Of a stretch of 64,000 nucleotides of DNA, positions 13,291-26,038 are shown piece by piece. Positions within the stretch are counted from its first letter, which is position 1. Each line of letters starts with the position of its first letter. The translations under genes and the position numbers were made by a program. The DNA is from Bugula neritina. Taxonomy: Eukaryota > Animalia > Bryozoa. Where the stretch lies: assembly GCA_964035545.1 (NCBI GenBank), contig OZ037770.1:434001-498000 (forward strand), given 5' to 3'. The notes under the pieces were generated by a model. That model was not told where the DNA came from. It did no database searches and saw only the letters and a program-made list of their open reading frames with translations.

Positions 13291-14161
13291 GCAGTATTAA
13301 TAATAGTTGTGATAAATCAAAGTAGCTACTGCAGCATTATGTAATCAAGTTTATATTTTGTTATTAGGTTCGAAAAAGAGTTGACACCAAAATTCAAATC
13401 AGGACATCCAACCTCCAGTGTACTGGTTGTTTGCAAAAACACAGTTTGGGTTCAAAAGTTTAGAGTGATAATAGTATATCTATTCTTGTACTAGCATCAC
13501 ATGTACATCACTTGTACCCTGCATTTAGTTACATCCTTATAGGAAATGCACACTTGTTAATCACAACCACGTGAATGTAAATATCTAAATATCTCATGGT
13601 ATTTCGCAATTATTAGCATATTACAAATAAACAGTAAATAACAATAGATTTGAAACAGCTTTTCTCCCCCTGGAGCTAAAGCTTTTAGCCGGCTTCGAAA
13701 TGTTACTTTAGAAATTGATTTAAAAATATATGAGCCATGAAATGATTAAACAGACAGACAATAACAAATAAGTTGAGTTTAGGAATAGTGTTAAACATCA
13801 TTAGTTGCAACAGGAAACACCATGCAATCTGCAAACTCAATCTTATTACATCATCTGTAGCCACAGTACCCTTGCATCAGTGTGATGGGATGTAGATGGA
13901 GTGATGTAACGTGGCTGTAGAACTGTAGGCTATAGTCTAAAGTTTATCTCCTCATCACAGAAGCTGGTCATACATTCTGCCAGCACTCATCAATGTGATA
14001 ACATCCCCACTCTACCCCATGACTTTGTAGCACCATTTCTCTGTAGTTTAGCACTTTCCATCTAGTCGTATCTTAGCTTACTCTCTCTATATTATTCAGC
14101 AGTTTTATATATACTTCTTATTTTCTGTTTGTATGCTAATTCAGTGTTATATTGATTGTAG

Positions 14162-14742
14162 ATGATGTCTGTCACATCCTATGGAGTATACTGTGTACAC
14201 TTCCTCCTAGCTCTGCTATTGGCTGGTCACACAGGAGCTCAGAATAATGTTATCACCTATGGGGAAGATTTTCAGGTGACAGACGTGCTGAACGGAGTGA
14301 AGACTGGACAATGTCCCATTCCGATTCTATGCCGTACTAGAGGGAGTCCAGAGTGAGTAGTAGCAGTACTAGTAGTAGTAGTAGTACTAGTAGTAGTAGT
14401 AGTAGTAGTAATACTAGTAGCAGCAGTAGTAGCAGTACTAGTAGTAGTAGTACTAGTAGTAGTAGTACTAGTAGTAGCAGTAGTAGTAGCAGTAGTAGCA
14501 GTACTAGTAGTAGTAGTAGTAGTAGTACTACGTAGTAGTAGTAGTAGTAGTAGTAATATAGTAGTAGTACTAGTAGTAGTAGTAGTAGTAGTACTAGTAG
14601 TAGTAGTAGTAGTAGTACTAGTAGTAGTAGTAGTAGTAGTACTACTACTACTACTAGTAGTAGTAGTAGTAGTAGTAGTAGCAGTAGAAGTAGTAGTACT
14701 AGTAGTAGTAGCAGTAGTAGTAGTAGTAGTAGCAGTAGCACC

Positions 14743-14777
<35 letters not shown>

Positions 14778-14839
14778 CTAGTAGCAGTAGTAGTAGTAGT
14801 AGTAGTAGCAGTAGTAGTAGTAGTAGTAGCAGTAGCACC

Positions 14840-14890
<51 letters not shown>

Positions 14891-16227
14891 CAGTAGTAGT
14901 ACCTAGTAGTAGTACCTAGTAGTACCTAGTACTAGTAGAGTTACTGATGTGCTAGTACTAGTTTAGTTGTAGTTTTAGTCTCAACTCTTAAACAAGTCTC
15001 CTCGGCAATGAATATCAACAAATCCTCTGAATAATTATGAATTCGAGTTTTGAAGTGGGAGTTGTGGTCCTTGTCATTCACTAAGTCTGTCTGTCTGTTT
15101 GTCTGTCTGTTGAACTGGAAATACTGGCTTCCACTGACCAGCCTGTGTAGGCATCAGGTTATTAGTCCAGACAGGTATAACCCCTCCCTAACTCTACTGC
15201 TGCCTCTACTGCTGCCTCTACTGCTGCCTCTACCTATTACAGTTATACACTCTGACAGCCCTGAGAAGATGTTACATACAATACAGAGTAGATTGCGTAA
15301 TATCTATCTATATTCCTGCTAGAAACCTTCTGTATTCAAGCTGACTGTGTACTTGGTTCTACTGTGACACACGGAGGGGGGGGGGCTTCAAGTTGCCTGA
15401 GTTCAAACCCATGACTTTAGTTGCGTTTATACCTTCACGATTTTCAGTCAGAAATTCAATTTGGCCGGGTTGAAAATTTTTGTATTGTTTCAACTTAAAT
15501 GGCCGATTTCAGAATACTACTCGAAAGGAGTAATAACTGTTAACTTTACTAATTCACTACGCTTACAAAGGGCATTTTTAAAAAGTCAGATTTAATTTTT
15601 AGAAAGTGAACTTTCGCATCAATATGATTTCAAAATTTTTCAGTTTGACTATAAAGGGGTACTCTGACGAGTGTTATTAACTAAAACTCGGTACTTTTTT
15701 CAGCAGAGGTATAAATGCAACTTTTGTGCTTGCTTATCCAGCATTAAGGCATGACTTCTACTTCCTATTGTACATGTATATAATATATTATACATGCTAT
15801 GCAATGTCACATGTTATACATATATAATATATATTAATATATGTAGTATAATTTAGTATAGTATATTACACAATAAATAATGTAGCATATAATATACTAT
15901 ATAATATATTATGTAGTGTAGCATAACATAATATATTGGACACACTTATGTTTGTAGTTGTGGTGTGGAGGATGCGTCACGTAACGTCCTCGTCAACTGT
16001 ACCTACAGGAGTGCCGGACCCTACATGCCCCCTTTCCCCTACTATATCATCAGTAGACGTACTTTCACTATAGACATGAGGTGAGTGTCGGCCTGATGAT
16101 GTCATTTCCTGTTTGAGTTGTGTTCAGATTGAAGAATAATACAGTTTAGTATAGCATAGTAAGGGTGGTTATATAATCTATATTATATAGATTATATAAT
16201 AATAATATATATAATATATATATATAT

Positions 16228-16294
<67 letters not shown>

Positions 16295-18436
16295 ATATTA
16301 TGTAATATATATATATATTATTTATATTGTTTATATATTATTAAAAATATGTTAATATTTTATATTATATATGCTATAATACATTATTACATAAATACAT
16401 ATATTAAATAAGGAGCAATATAAGATGGTGTGGTAATGTATTGTATTAATATCTATATTATAAAATAAACACATAACATAAATATTAACTATATACCACC
16501 AAGTTAGGTCACTCTGTGAACTAAGTAACTCAACTGAACTTTTTATTCTCGCACTCAGGGGACACAACTCTCATCATTTGTATCTGTCTGTCTGTCACAT
16601 TTCTGCCACCCACTGTCAGTCTTGTCAGTGTAACGTAGCTCGTCTGTCTGTCCTGTTTCACAGCCACAACGAGTTGCAGAAAATAGACGAATACGCCTTC
16701 CTGACTTACAACCTCGTTCCCATCAACCTCACCGCGCTCGACCTCTCTCACAACTACATAGACTTCATAGCTGCCCGGACCTTCATCGGTGAGTAGATCT
16801 CAAGTTATCTTCTCTCTGTAAAGGGAAACAACTCCCACTTTTTCAGCTCTCTCTCTCACCTACCTGTCTAGGCACCTGTATAGACACCTGCAGACACCTG
16901 TCTACTAGTAACACGCTGACTATTCACAGGTAACATCTCCAAGGACTTGGTGAGACTGAATCTGAGTCATAATAGCCTCAAATCCTTTGAAACTGGAACA
17001 TTTGACGAGATGCCGTCTCTCACCACCCTCGATGTCTCGCATAACCGGTGAGTTTTATTTCTTTGTATTGTTACCACATTATCTCTATATTGTATTATGT
17101 TATCTCTATATTGTATTATTTTATCTCTATATTTTATTATGTTATCTCTATATTATATTATGTTATCTTAATATTGTATTATGTTATCTTTATATTATAT
17201 TATGTTACCTCTATATTGTATTATGTTATCTTTATATTGTATTATGTTATCTCTATATTATATTATGTTATCTCTATATTGTATTATGTTATCTTTATAT
17301 TATATTATGTTACCTCTATATTGTATTATGTTATCTTTATATTATATTATGTTATCTTTATCTTATTTTTATATTGTATGTATATATTACATTATTATTT
17401 AGTAAGTTATATTATATACTATACTTTGTAAGACACTTTGCGTTATATTTAAAACTGAAGTTATATTATATTACTATTAATGAAATGCAACTGTTCGTTC
17501 CGTCGTAATAAAATGACAAACTGTTACAAGAGAACTTTAGTAAACACTGTGAGTTATCTCCTTCCTGTCACAGCCTGGTGGATATAGACCCCCTCTGCAA
17601 CACCCCTTTCCGTCTCTTCACTTCCCTTGACCTCCAACACAACTTGATCTCTAAGTTTGAGGACCAGTGTCTGCAGTACGCATCTTCTCCCGTCTCTCTC
17701 AACCTCAACAACAATCTGCTCGGGTCTATGGACAGCTGCCACTTCGGGTAAGTGCGGAGTTGTCTTTCCTTCTGTCGGTTTTCTATCCTGAACCCTATCA
17801 GGTGCTGATTGAAGGCTCTTTTACTATTCAACTAGCATTTAATACATTTGAATTCATTGCATACCTTTGACTAACAACTCAGCCAACAAAGCCATAACTC
17901 TCTCTCTCTGTAGCCCTAGAGTGACAGTGGAGTACGACAACAATCCCCTCATCTGCGGCTGCTACTCCAACACCCCTCCCTTCTCCTGCTTCAAACTAGA
18001 CCAGCAGTCTAACACTACGACACTCACCACATCTCCGAGGTGTAGCAGCACCGGCAGCTGTTTGAAATGGAACTTCACCGTGTCCTACCAGCCAGTGCTG
18101 ACAGCGTTGAACAGGGAGTATGACATCACCGTGAAGATGCCGACAGCCCGTAGCTACAGGGTGGAGGTGTTTGAGTACTCCGGCGACAGCATGCAGGACG
18201 TGGATCAGCTGACTGCAACTCTGCTGCAGCTCAACTCTTCTGTAGTCAGTAGTTTCACGTCCTCAGGTTCTCTCCACATGCAGTCTAATTACACCCTCTG
18301 TTTGGGGGTTGGCAATCAGCGGAGGTGCGAGTTTCTGTTCCCCCCTTATTTCTACGCTCCTAATTCCGCCCCTGGCAGCAGTTTAAGTCCTGCTGTGGCA
18401 GCAATGTTCATACTTCTCTCCGCTCTGCTCTACTAA
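14162..18436 (+). CDS. Secreted, probably GPI-anchored leucine-rich repeat protein (SP-LRRNT-~6 LRR-LRRCT-FN3-like-hydrophobic tail), 417 aa
   Basis: Exons 14162-14352, 15958-16080, 16664-16788, 16930-17047, 17574-17747 and 17914-18436, with consistent phases (1254 nt). Signal peptide FLLALLLAGHTGA; LRRs IDMSHNELQKI, LDLSHNYIDFI, LNLSHNSLKSF, LDVSHNRL, LDLQHNLISKF, LNLNNNLL; LRRCT NPLICGC; C-terminus NSAPGSSLSPAVAAMFILLSALLY*. Confidence 0.88.
14357..14938. repeat. (TAG)n-rich microsatellite in LRR gene intron 1
   Basis: Direct observation. Confidence 0.92.
16195..16320. repeat. (TA)n microsatellite
   Basis: Direct observation. Confidence 0.9.
17075..17365. repeat. 21-bp minisatellite (TATTGTATTATGTTATCTCTA) in LRR intron 4
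   Basis: Tandem units give the 7-aa periodic spurious ORF YLYIVLC. Confidence 0.9.
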
Positions 18437-19850
18437 ACTCTGACATTCATTTGAGACTCTATTCTTCAGAAATCAACTTAGTTTCTATAAAATAATAAAC
18501 TTTTACTATTCCTTCAAAATATTATTTATATATTCGTTACTGCTTCTGTGATGTAATCTTTATGTAATGCATTTGGGAGTTTAAATTGACATTTTGATAA
18601 TCTGCTCTTGGATGTATTTTATTTTGATGTATAATTTTTGAGTGCATCGACTGTACTACATTTGCCCAAGTCGTTTAGTACGTCGACTGTACAACGTACC
18701 CCAGTGCAATGTTCATTGTATAACCACTAAGCAGGGTGCCCCTGAATATTATACTCTTCCTGTTCATGCCATTTGCTGTAAATAAAATATTTTTGTAATG
18801 ATTTTTTGTACTTTAAATAAACTAATTGCTTTAACAAAACACATTTAGTTATTTGTTTGGGGCTGTTGTACACGACCCCACCTGCTGTGCTACATCTAAT
18901 ATAACAGTAGTTTAGCTAACTATCTTTAAATACTGCATCCTAAACTAAAATTCCAAGCTAATTCCAATAATTTATCAAAAACATTAATTCAGTTCAATTA
19001 GAAAATAATTGATGAATGTTTTCATTGGTTGCTAGTTTCACTACTTATTTTGTGATCGAATCAAATTTGGAAGTATAATGCTATTCATTTTAATATATTG
19101 ATTTAGTTCAACTAAAAATCTCAGTATATTATACAGAGCTTTATGGGATACTATTTCAAATTCTTTAAATAATCTATTAATCCCTTGCCTACTCTTAGAA
19201 GCTGCAACACAGAAGTTAAAATAAAGCTTTTTGACATGAAAGCTTTGCAGCTATGACTCATCATGTAGCTTGTATGAGTCAGTGCAGCTCAGGGACTGAG
19301 CCAGCGGTGGTTAGATTAGCAGAAGGTCAACTTACTAGCTGTTTTGATGAATTTTATATGAATTAATGAGATTTATGTATGCAATATCTTACTGGTTTCA
19401 GTGCTTGTAAGTATTTAATTGTGTTTCTTTTTTGTTCAAATTATTTTTTTGAGATGCATAAGCTCTTTTAATTAAGTTTTCGATAATAAGTATTACTTTA
19501 ACAAGAACTAATACTGTTTATACAGTCAGTAAATTGCTAAATCGAATGAAATAAACTACTGCTGATGATAGTCTAGTAATTGAGATTATGATGTAACTGT
19601 ATATAGTGTGGAAAACGGGCATTTATACTGACCTATAAAATATTATATACTGGTTCAACTTGTTAAGGTAATTATGTAATGTGTTGGGAATTCCATCTCA
19701 CTCTCTCACTACAGCGTAATAACAAGTGACAAAGTGATGTATATCAAATCATGAGTAGCCTATGGGTATACCAAGTTAGAAGTACAAGAGCAAGTGCTAG
19801 CACATTATAATAGCAGTAGAAGTGGCAGAATAAAATACTATTCACATACG

Positions 19851-19902
19851 TGACGTCAATCAAGTAAATTGAATTGAATGCATTAATTGTTGGGGACTCC
19901 CC
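19851..19902 (+). promoter_or_regulatory. CRE (TGACGTCA, 19851-19858) and kappaB-like site (GGGGACTCCCC, 19892-19902) upstream of TRIM copy 1
   Basis: Motif matches ~750-790 bp upstream of the ATG; function is inferred. Confidence 0.4.
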
Positions 19903-20641
19903 CTATTTTCCCAATCGATGTTAATTAGTTAGTTGTTAGTCAGTTAGTTAGCTTCTCGTACTGATTGTGATACGACGGAATCAACGCAAGGTTTGCAGTA
20001 TACGGTATTATAGTCATCCATCATTTGGGTTTGCCTCATCAAACATAATATTATATGACGTATATTTGTATGTTAGAGAATTGCAGTTCATTTTGATTTT
20101 CTAGTGCAGACAACTGAAACATCACGGGAAAATAATCAATTCAGTATTATAGCATAAAAGTAGTGTTACTATTCATGTTAGGATTAGGGAGAGCATGAAA
20201 TGTTTATTTATTCATTCGTGACACGTAGGTATAAGCAGTTTTTGGTACTTTGACTACTTAACTGGATGATAGAGAGCTCCTGAGTTCTGACATCTGCCAA
20301 CTAGGTTACTAGCATACAACATAGCAGGGCTCATTGTTGGTTAAACTGTGGAAACTCTACTTCCGCCACTTGGGGTAGAGATATTTGATTGGCTGCTATG
20401 TTTACAGGAGATTAGGTATGCTAGAGATTTCCCTGGTTTGGTAGTCCTACAATTGAAATATAAAAATAATTCAATGAATCAGCCATGAATGTACAAACTG
20501 ATCATTAACAACTTTGTTCAGCATTCATGTTGTAATATTATATTTAGCACATTCAGGTAATTAGTAGGAGTTATCTAACCACCGGCTCATTATTGAATTA
20601 CGGAATACTGTAGTCAGTCACCATAGATACGTGTCAACAAC

Positions 20642-23600
20642 ATGGCCTCCTCAGAACCAACATGTGCTTTCTGTATGAGCAATCTGAATCAAATGCAAGA
20701 TCCTAGAAAACTTCCGTGTGATCACATTTTCTGTCTGGAGTGCCTGAAGAGTGACTTTGGAATTGACGGGACGAGCACGAAATGCCCGATCTGCGGGTGA
20801 GTAGACAAACTCAATGGGCCACAAGCTAAAACTGGAAGAAACCGAGGTGTGTTGGTGCTGTAGCTAGGGAACAGGTATGATGATTCCCACGTTCACACTT
20901 TATCTTCTCTCTCAAAAGAATAAGCCATGCGAAGGCTCAATACAAAAAATAATATTTAAAACAAAAGCAGGTCAACAATTATTTTACTGCATGTTATAGA
21001 CTGACTATTATTTCGAAGGCAAATTTTTCAAAAGGTTATATTAAATCTAAGTTTCAACATTGCTATTAATATCTGTTTTCATTAGAGAATAGAGATACAG
21101 TGCAAAAATATAAGTAAAATTCGTACAACAAAGAATATTCTTGCTAAACCTATCAAAATTCAATAATAGATCTTTTTTTGAGGTTTTTTAAAGTCAATAC
21201 AAAAATTTAGCTTTTTGTTATTTAAAGATTAGTAGTATGCATGTTTTCATTAGAAGTTTTTGTCTATTCCTAAACTGATTACTGGTCTGACATTTTCTAT
21301 AGAGCTCTGCACGAGGACTTGGATATGGACGAGTTGGAGGCAGTAGACGACAACTCCGATGAACAAGGAAGTGTCTCTAAATATCCTCCCATTTCCTGTT
21401 CCCGCAACTGTAACGAAAATGCGCTTTTTTTCTGTGGAGACTGCAGTGCTAAACTGTGTCAAGATCATAAAGAGGTCAGTATTTGACCTTGAATTGTTGG
21501 TATAACATAACTCAGCTACTGTTAGGTCTGGTTTAAATAATTATTCTTTTCAATTTCCGGTTTAAGTACAGTTTATCTGTGAATATGATGTCCTAAATTC
21601 ATTTTATTCTCTACTATACAGGCCCACGACTCTTTCCTGGGTGACACTCATAAGTTTATCTCCTTCAATGAGTACCGTCGTATACCCGAGAGGTATGATC
21701 AGCCAATCTGTCTTCTACATGCAAAGAACTTGTCTCTAGCCTGTGAAATCTGTGACATGCTAGCCTGTGAGGAGTGTGACTTGAATTCTAATTGCGAGAA
21801 TTACAGTAAGTATATATTGAAAAATAATTTTGCCCTCATTGGGATTTGAACCTGAGACCTCTGGCTTATGAAAGCAAGTGTGCTAACCATTACACCACGG
21901 GACCACTGGGTAGAATCATCACTACATATATAAGTTGTATACCCGCCTGTTGTTATAGCTGGAATTAATGAAAAGGCACAGAATACTATGAGAATAATTA
22001 GTTTGCTGCTTGTTAGAAGATTTAAATATTCAAACTTCTCTCACGCTATGACGACCTCCATTTTGGTAGATTGTTGTTAAATATGGTACTATTGAGCAGA
22101 TTTCCTGTGTCTTGACTGTCGTATTTTTTAATCTTAATGTCTCCCTCGTCTCAAACTGCTGGCTAATAGTTATCTTTTGGCTGATATGTTTAGTTTTACT
22201 GTTTCAATCTCTTCTCTCCATCTCTCTAGTATGTCTAGTCTTAAACTTTTGGTATCCCAGAAGACAAGATTATCAATGCTAATTGTGGGCTAGCTTTCTC
22301 AACATTTTCTGTAGTCAAATCCGTAACTATATGATTAAAAACAACTGAATAAGTACTGCCCAGGAACCATTTAGATATTGTAGGTGTATAAGTATTTTTA
22401 TATAAAGTTCATTTTCTACTTTCTATATTTTCTTGGAGCTAAAACAGTCAAGCAGGAGATGGGCTCCGTGAAAAATTTTGTCTTCTAAAGACGATTTTGG
22501 TTTTGGTTGATGATGCTCTCTAGGTCTCTCTTTTACTTTTTTCTCCAATCAATAGATTTAAGCACTTCTAAGCATGAATACTTGCGAACAGATGGCTCCC
22601 ACAAGTTTGAATCACTTGCCAAGAGAGAGAAAAAGCTGACCAATGAATACAAAGAGTCTGTCAAACAGATTTCTCAAATGCACACAGAGTTCAGTCAAAA
22701 TAAGAAAGAAACTTTCTACAGATTTGAAGATCTCGTGACGGAATACCAAGAGGAAGAAAAACTGAAAGAGTTAGACAAGATGGTGACGGAACAGGTCAGT
22801 AAACTAAACTAATAAGATTTTTGAAATCGTTTCAAAGTGATTTGCATCTCATGAAGAAATTGACAACTTTCCTTTTCAGAATCATTTAAAACTTTGAATT
22901 AATCTGACAACCTAATGTTGACAGAGATCTACATGGTGCAACTCTGTCTCATGAGTTTCCCGACTGTTTCCTATTTCTTACTTGTGAGTTAATCTAATGG
23001 GTCCGAACCAATAAGCAACTTGTACTGCTAGATACCTTTAAACATAAGCTGGAGAAAGAATGTTGTTTGAACTCTATTAACAGATAGCTGATGTGGGTAA
23101 CTGTAACAGACATCTAAACAGAATAAATAAATTTTTGTTGCAAATTCATTCAGATAGCTGAGATTAACAGACAAGCAGAAATAAGGAGACAGGAGATCAG
23201 GAGGTTTCCCGCTATAATGGATAAGAAAGTGACGCGTTACACAGATGAGCTACAGACTAAGGAGGACCAACTAGGAGATCTAGAACATTCTCTAAGTCTG
23301 ATGATGAGAGAGTGTCATGTAGCTGAGATGATTAGACAGAACAAAGAAAACAAGGAGAAAATACAGCAAGCCTTAGCTCTTACCACTGGCTCTTGTAATA
23401 TCTTGAGGGAAATGGTGGTCGCCCCTACAGGTTGGTAACATTTCATTTTTCAGACTGCAGTAGTCATGCTTCAGCTGTATTTTATGTTTAGTCTTGAAAT
23501 AGACATGCGCAGACATAATGTTGTTGTTTTGTAACAAAAAGTACCAGTGAAGCATAAGATATAATAGCTAAATGTGTGTGTGCAAAGTTGTAATATATTA

Positions 23601-25011
23601 TATCAGAATGTAAAAACCTGGTTCACTTTTTATCAGTAGGTATAACATTGTTCTCAAAACATTGTATTATTATATCATAATTTATAGTGTCTGATATAGT
23701 GTCAAATTTGTGATCAATACATGCTTTTTGCTTCCCGTCACTAAAACTGCAAATCAAAGAGTTTTACAAGGCAGCTTTTTTCAGGAAATGTGGGAAAAAT
23801 TGAGGCATCGCTGAGACCCCTGATTCCCACAAAGTTGACAAAGCTGTTCAATGGCTCATCCAATGTACAAGTCAGTCACATGACGCTGACAGATTGCGGA
23901 GATCTGCTGCTCTACTCGTCTGGAGAAGTTAAGATTATGGATCTCAACATGAAGCTCACTAAAGCCTCAAAGGTCATAAGGAATGTTTGTTGTTTGGCTC
24001 AGTTTAAAGATGTAGTGTTTGTGGTAACCTATGCGAAAAATATGTTGAAGTGTTCCAGTTACAGATATAGTACTTTGTCTGAGTTAAATAAGATATGTGG
24101 GTACCGTGCTGAAATTTTATCTCGCCCAGTTGCCGTCTGTGAGAAGTATGTTGTGCTGGTTAACAATTCCAGCTACTACTATTGCCTTCGGGTGTATGAC
24201 CACAGTGATGTATATCAACGCAGTGTTCATTTAAAGCACAAAATTCAAGGGATATGGGCGCTTGCCAACTCTAGTATACTGATAAGAACGGATCAAGGCC
24301 AGAACTTGAAGCTGGACACCACCACGTTTGTACTCCATGATTGTGGGAAGAGTTCTGTTGCTCCCTTAACTACAGATGGTGCCGGTTTGTGCTATGATGC
24401 TCCTTGGACAGGAAACAGGCAGATCAGAACTATTTCCTGCCGCAAGATTGGCTCAGGTGATTCTAACTAAAATATATTTTGTTCCCAGAGCATAAAAGAC
24501 ACATAAAAATTTAAAAAAGTGTTTGTTCCGTGGGCTGAGGTAAAGGATGTTACTTGTGTGAATAATGTAGGTAACTTCCTGATCTAAAATTTAGTGTACT
24601 GTAATACCTAAACTTCTTGGAATCACTAAACCTAAGCTACAGTCATCGGCTGAACACTATAGCTACAGCTGATTTCACTACCCTGACATTATGACTCTAA
24701 AAAATATTTAAATATATAAAAACATTAGTGACAGATTCTTGTCAAAGGTTCTGATTATACAATTTCGCATATATACATGTAATTTGTACGTTATTGAAGT
24801 TTTCAAGCACTTGGTTTTTTCTATTGTTTTGAGCTTGTTTCAACAATTGCATTTGAAAAAAATTGTTCAACAAATCGTTTTAGGTGACGAGTTGTCAGGG
24901 AGTTTCAACACGGAAGAGTACAAATATATCCGCTCCATGAGTATTAAAGGCAGTCTACTTGCTTTGACTGATGACGATTGTAGGCTTCATGTCTACAACA
25001 TGCACTACTGA
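20642..25011 (+). CDS. TRIM E3 ubiquitin ligase copy 1 (RING-Bbox1-Bbox2-coiled coil-NHL-like beta-propeller), 596 aa
   Basis: Exons 20642-20796, 21303-21474, 21622-21805, 22592-22794, 23154-23430, 23785-24456 and 24884-25011 (1791 nt, phases consistent). RING CAFC...LPCDHIFCLEC...CPIC; B-boxes CSRNC..FFCGDCSAKLCQDH and CLLH..LACEICDMLACEEC; coiled coil; beta-rich C-terminal region. Confidence 0.9.
21817..21926 (-). mobile_element. tRNA(Gln-like)-derived SINE-like element; TATATA target duplication
   Basis: Reverse strand reads GGTCCCGTGGTGTAATGGTTAGCACAC...GGTTCAAATCCC. Flanked by TATATA on both sides and absent at the orthologous position of TRIM copy 2 (~28319). Confidence 0.8.
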
Positions 25012-25185
25012 CTCATCACTATCACCTTTACTACTGACTCATCACTATCATACTCAATACTCACTCATCACTATCATACTCAATACTCACTCATCACTAT
25101 CATACTCAATACTCACTCATCACTATCATACTCAATACTCACTCATCACTGTCGTATTTATAACTTATACTCACTCATCACTATC
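25010..25185. repeat. 26-bp minisatellite (ACTCATCACTATCATACTCAATACTC) in TRIM1 3' UTR
   Basis: Tandem units begin at the stop codon. Confidence 0.85.
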
Positions 25186-25825
25186 GCAACAAATGCGTTA
25201 TCTTGATTACTTTAACCTAGCTGTTTTTATGTTGGCACAACAATATTATGCTAAGAAGAAAAAAATTGTTTTGAGCTGTATTATAGTCAAAACATAATCA
25301 CAAACTAAAAGAGTTCAATTTTGCATATATACTATAGCATTTGTAATTGAAGATATAGTTTTTAAATTATTTTAATTTAAAGAAAATTTATGTGATTTAT
25401 TATTTTTATATAACCTATGATATGATTTTAGTAAAAAATATTTTTGATTTTAGTGTAAATTATATATATTTCTATAATAACATATACTGTTTGTTCATCT
25501 ATCATGCTTGTAGCATAAATTCCATGAAAAGGAACATTAATAGGAATGTGTTATAAAATATAATGCAGAAACAATATTATGCAACAAAATTTTGTTTTCC
25601 TGATGGTTAGTGAATGGATTATTGTAGATTATTTTGTTATTGTGTGTTAGGCCTTTGGTGAATTTGATCTGAGAAGTACACATAAATCTACTCTATTACT
25701 ACAATGTATACTCGCATACATTTATTTATATCACAGAACTCACATCTGCCACACTAATTGATGTTAAAAACATTTTATCCTGACAGCCAATGAAATAGAT
25801 ACTGGCGTAGTGTGTTGTGAACAAA

Positions 25826-25887
25826 GGGAAAAATTCCCCTGTTAAGTTGGGGAATTCCCCTAGATGAGTTAGGATATTACATGACGT
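25826..25887 (+). promoter_or_regulatory. Tandem NF-kappaB-type sites and a half-CRE upstream of TRIM copy 2
   Basis: GGGAAAAATTCCCC (25826-25839), perfect palindrome GGGGAATTCCCC (25849-25860) and TGACGT (25882-25887), 150-210 bp before the ATG at 26039. Confidence 0.55.
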
Positions 25888-26038
25888 GTTCAACTTCCTA
25901 ATACTTACTGTCAGTAACGAGCAGCAGCTGTAAGAAAGAGCTTCAGCTTGAATGCAAATGCGTGATTGAGTTCCAATTTATCAAATTGAATTGTGTTTAG
26001 AGGTACTAAGTCAGTCACCATAAATACGTGTCAACAAC

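Noticed and set aside
7300-14838. Poly-L/V/T/S ORFs (7300-7685, 12797-13325, 14272-14838; also 33961-34461 and 37079-37330)
   Set aside because: Translations of TAG/TAC microsatellites in introns or intergenic DNA; no splice or domain support.
15652-15700. Possible additional hammerhead (CTGACGAGT..AC-TAAAAC-TCG-GTA)
   Set aside because: The essential GAAA is absent and stems I/II are poor; at best a decayed remnant.
16987-17508. Periodic hydrophobic ORFs, likewise 44434-45205, 58261-58729, 55183-55433 and 60866-61177
   Set aside because: Products of 21-bp, 19-bp, (CAGA)n and (TA)n repeats.
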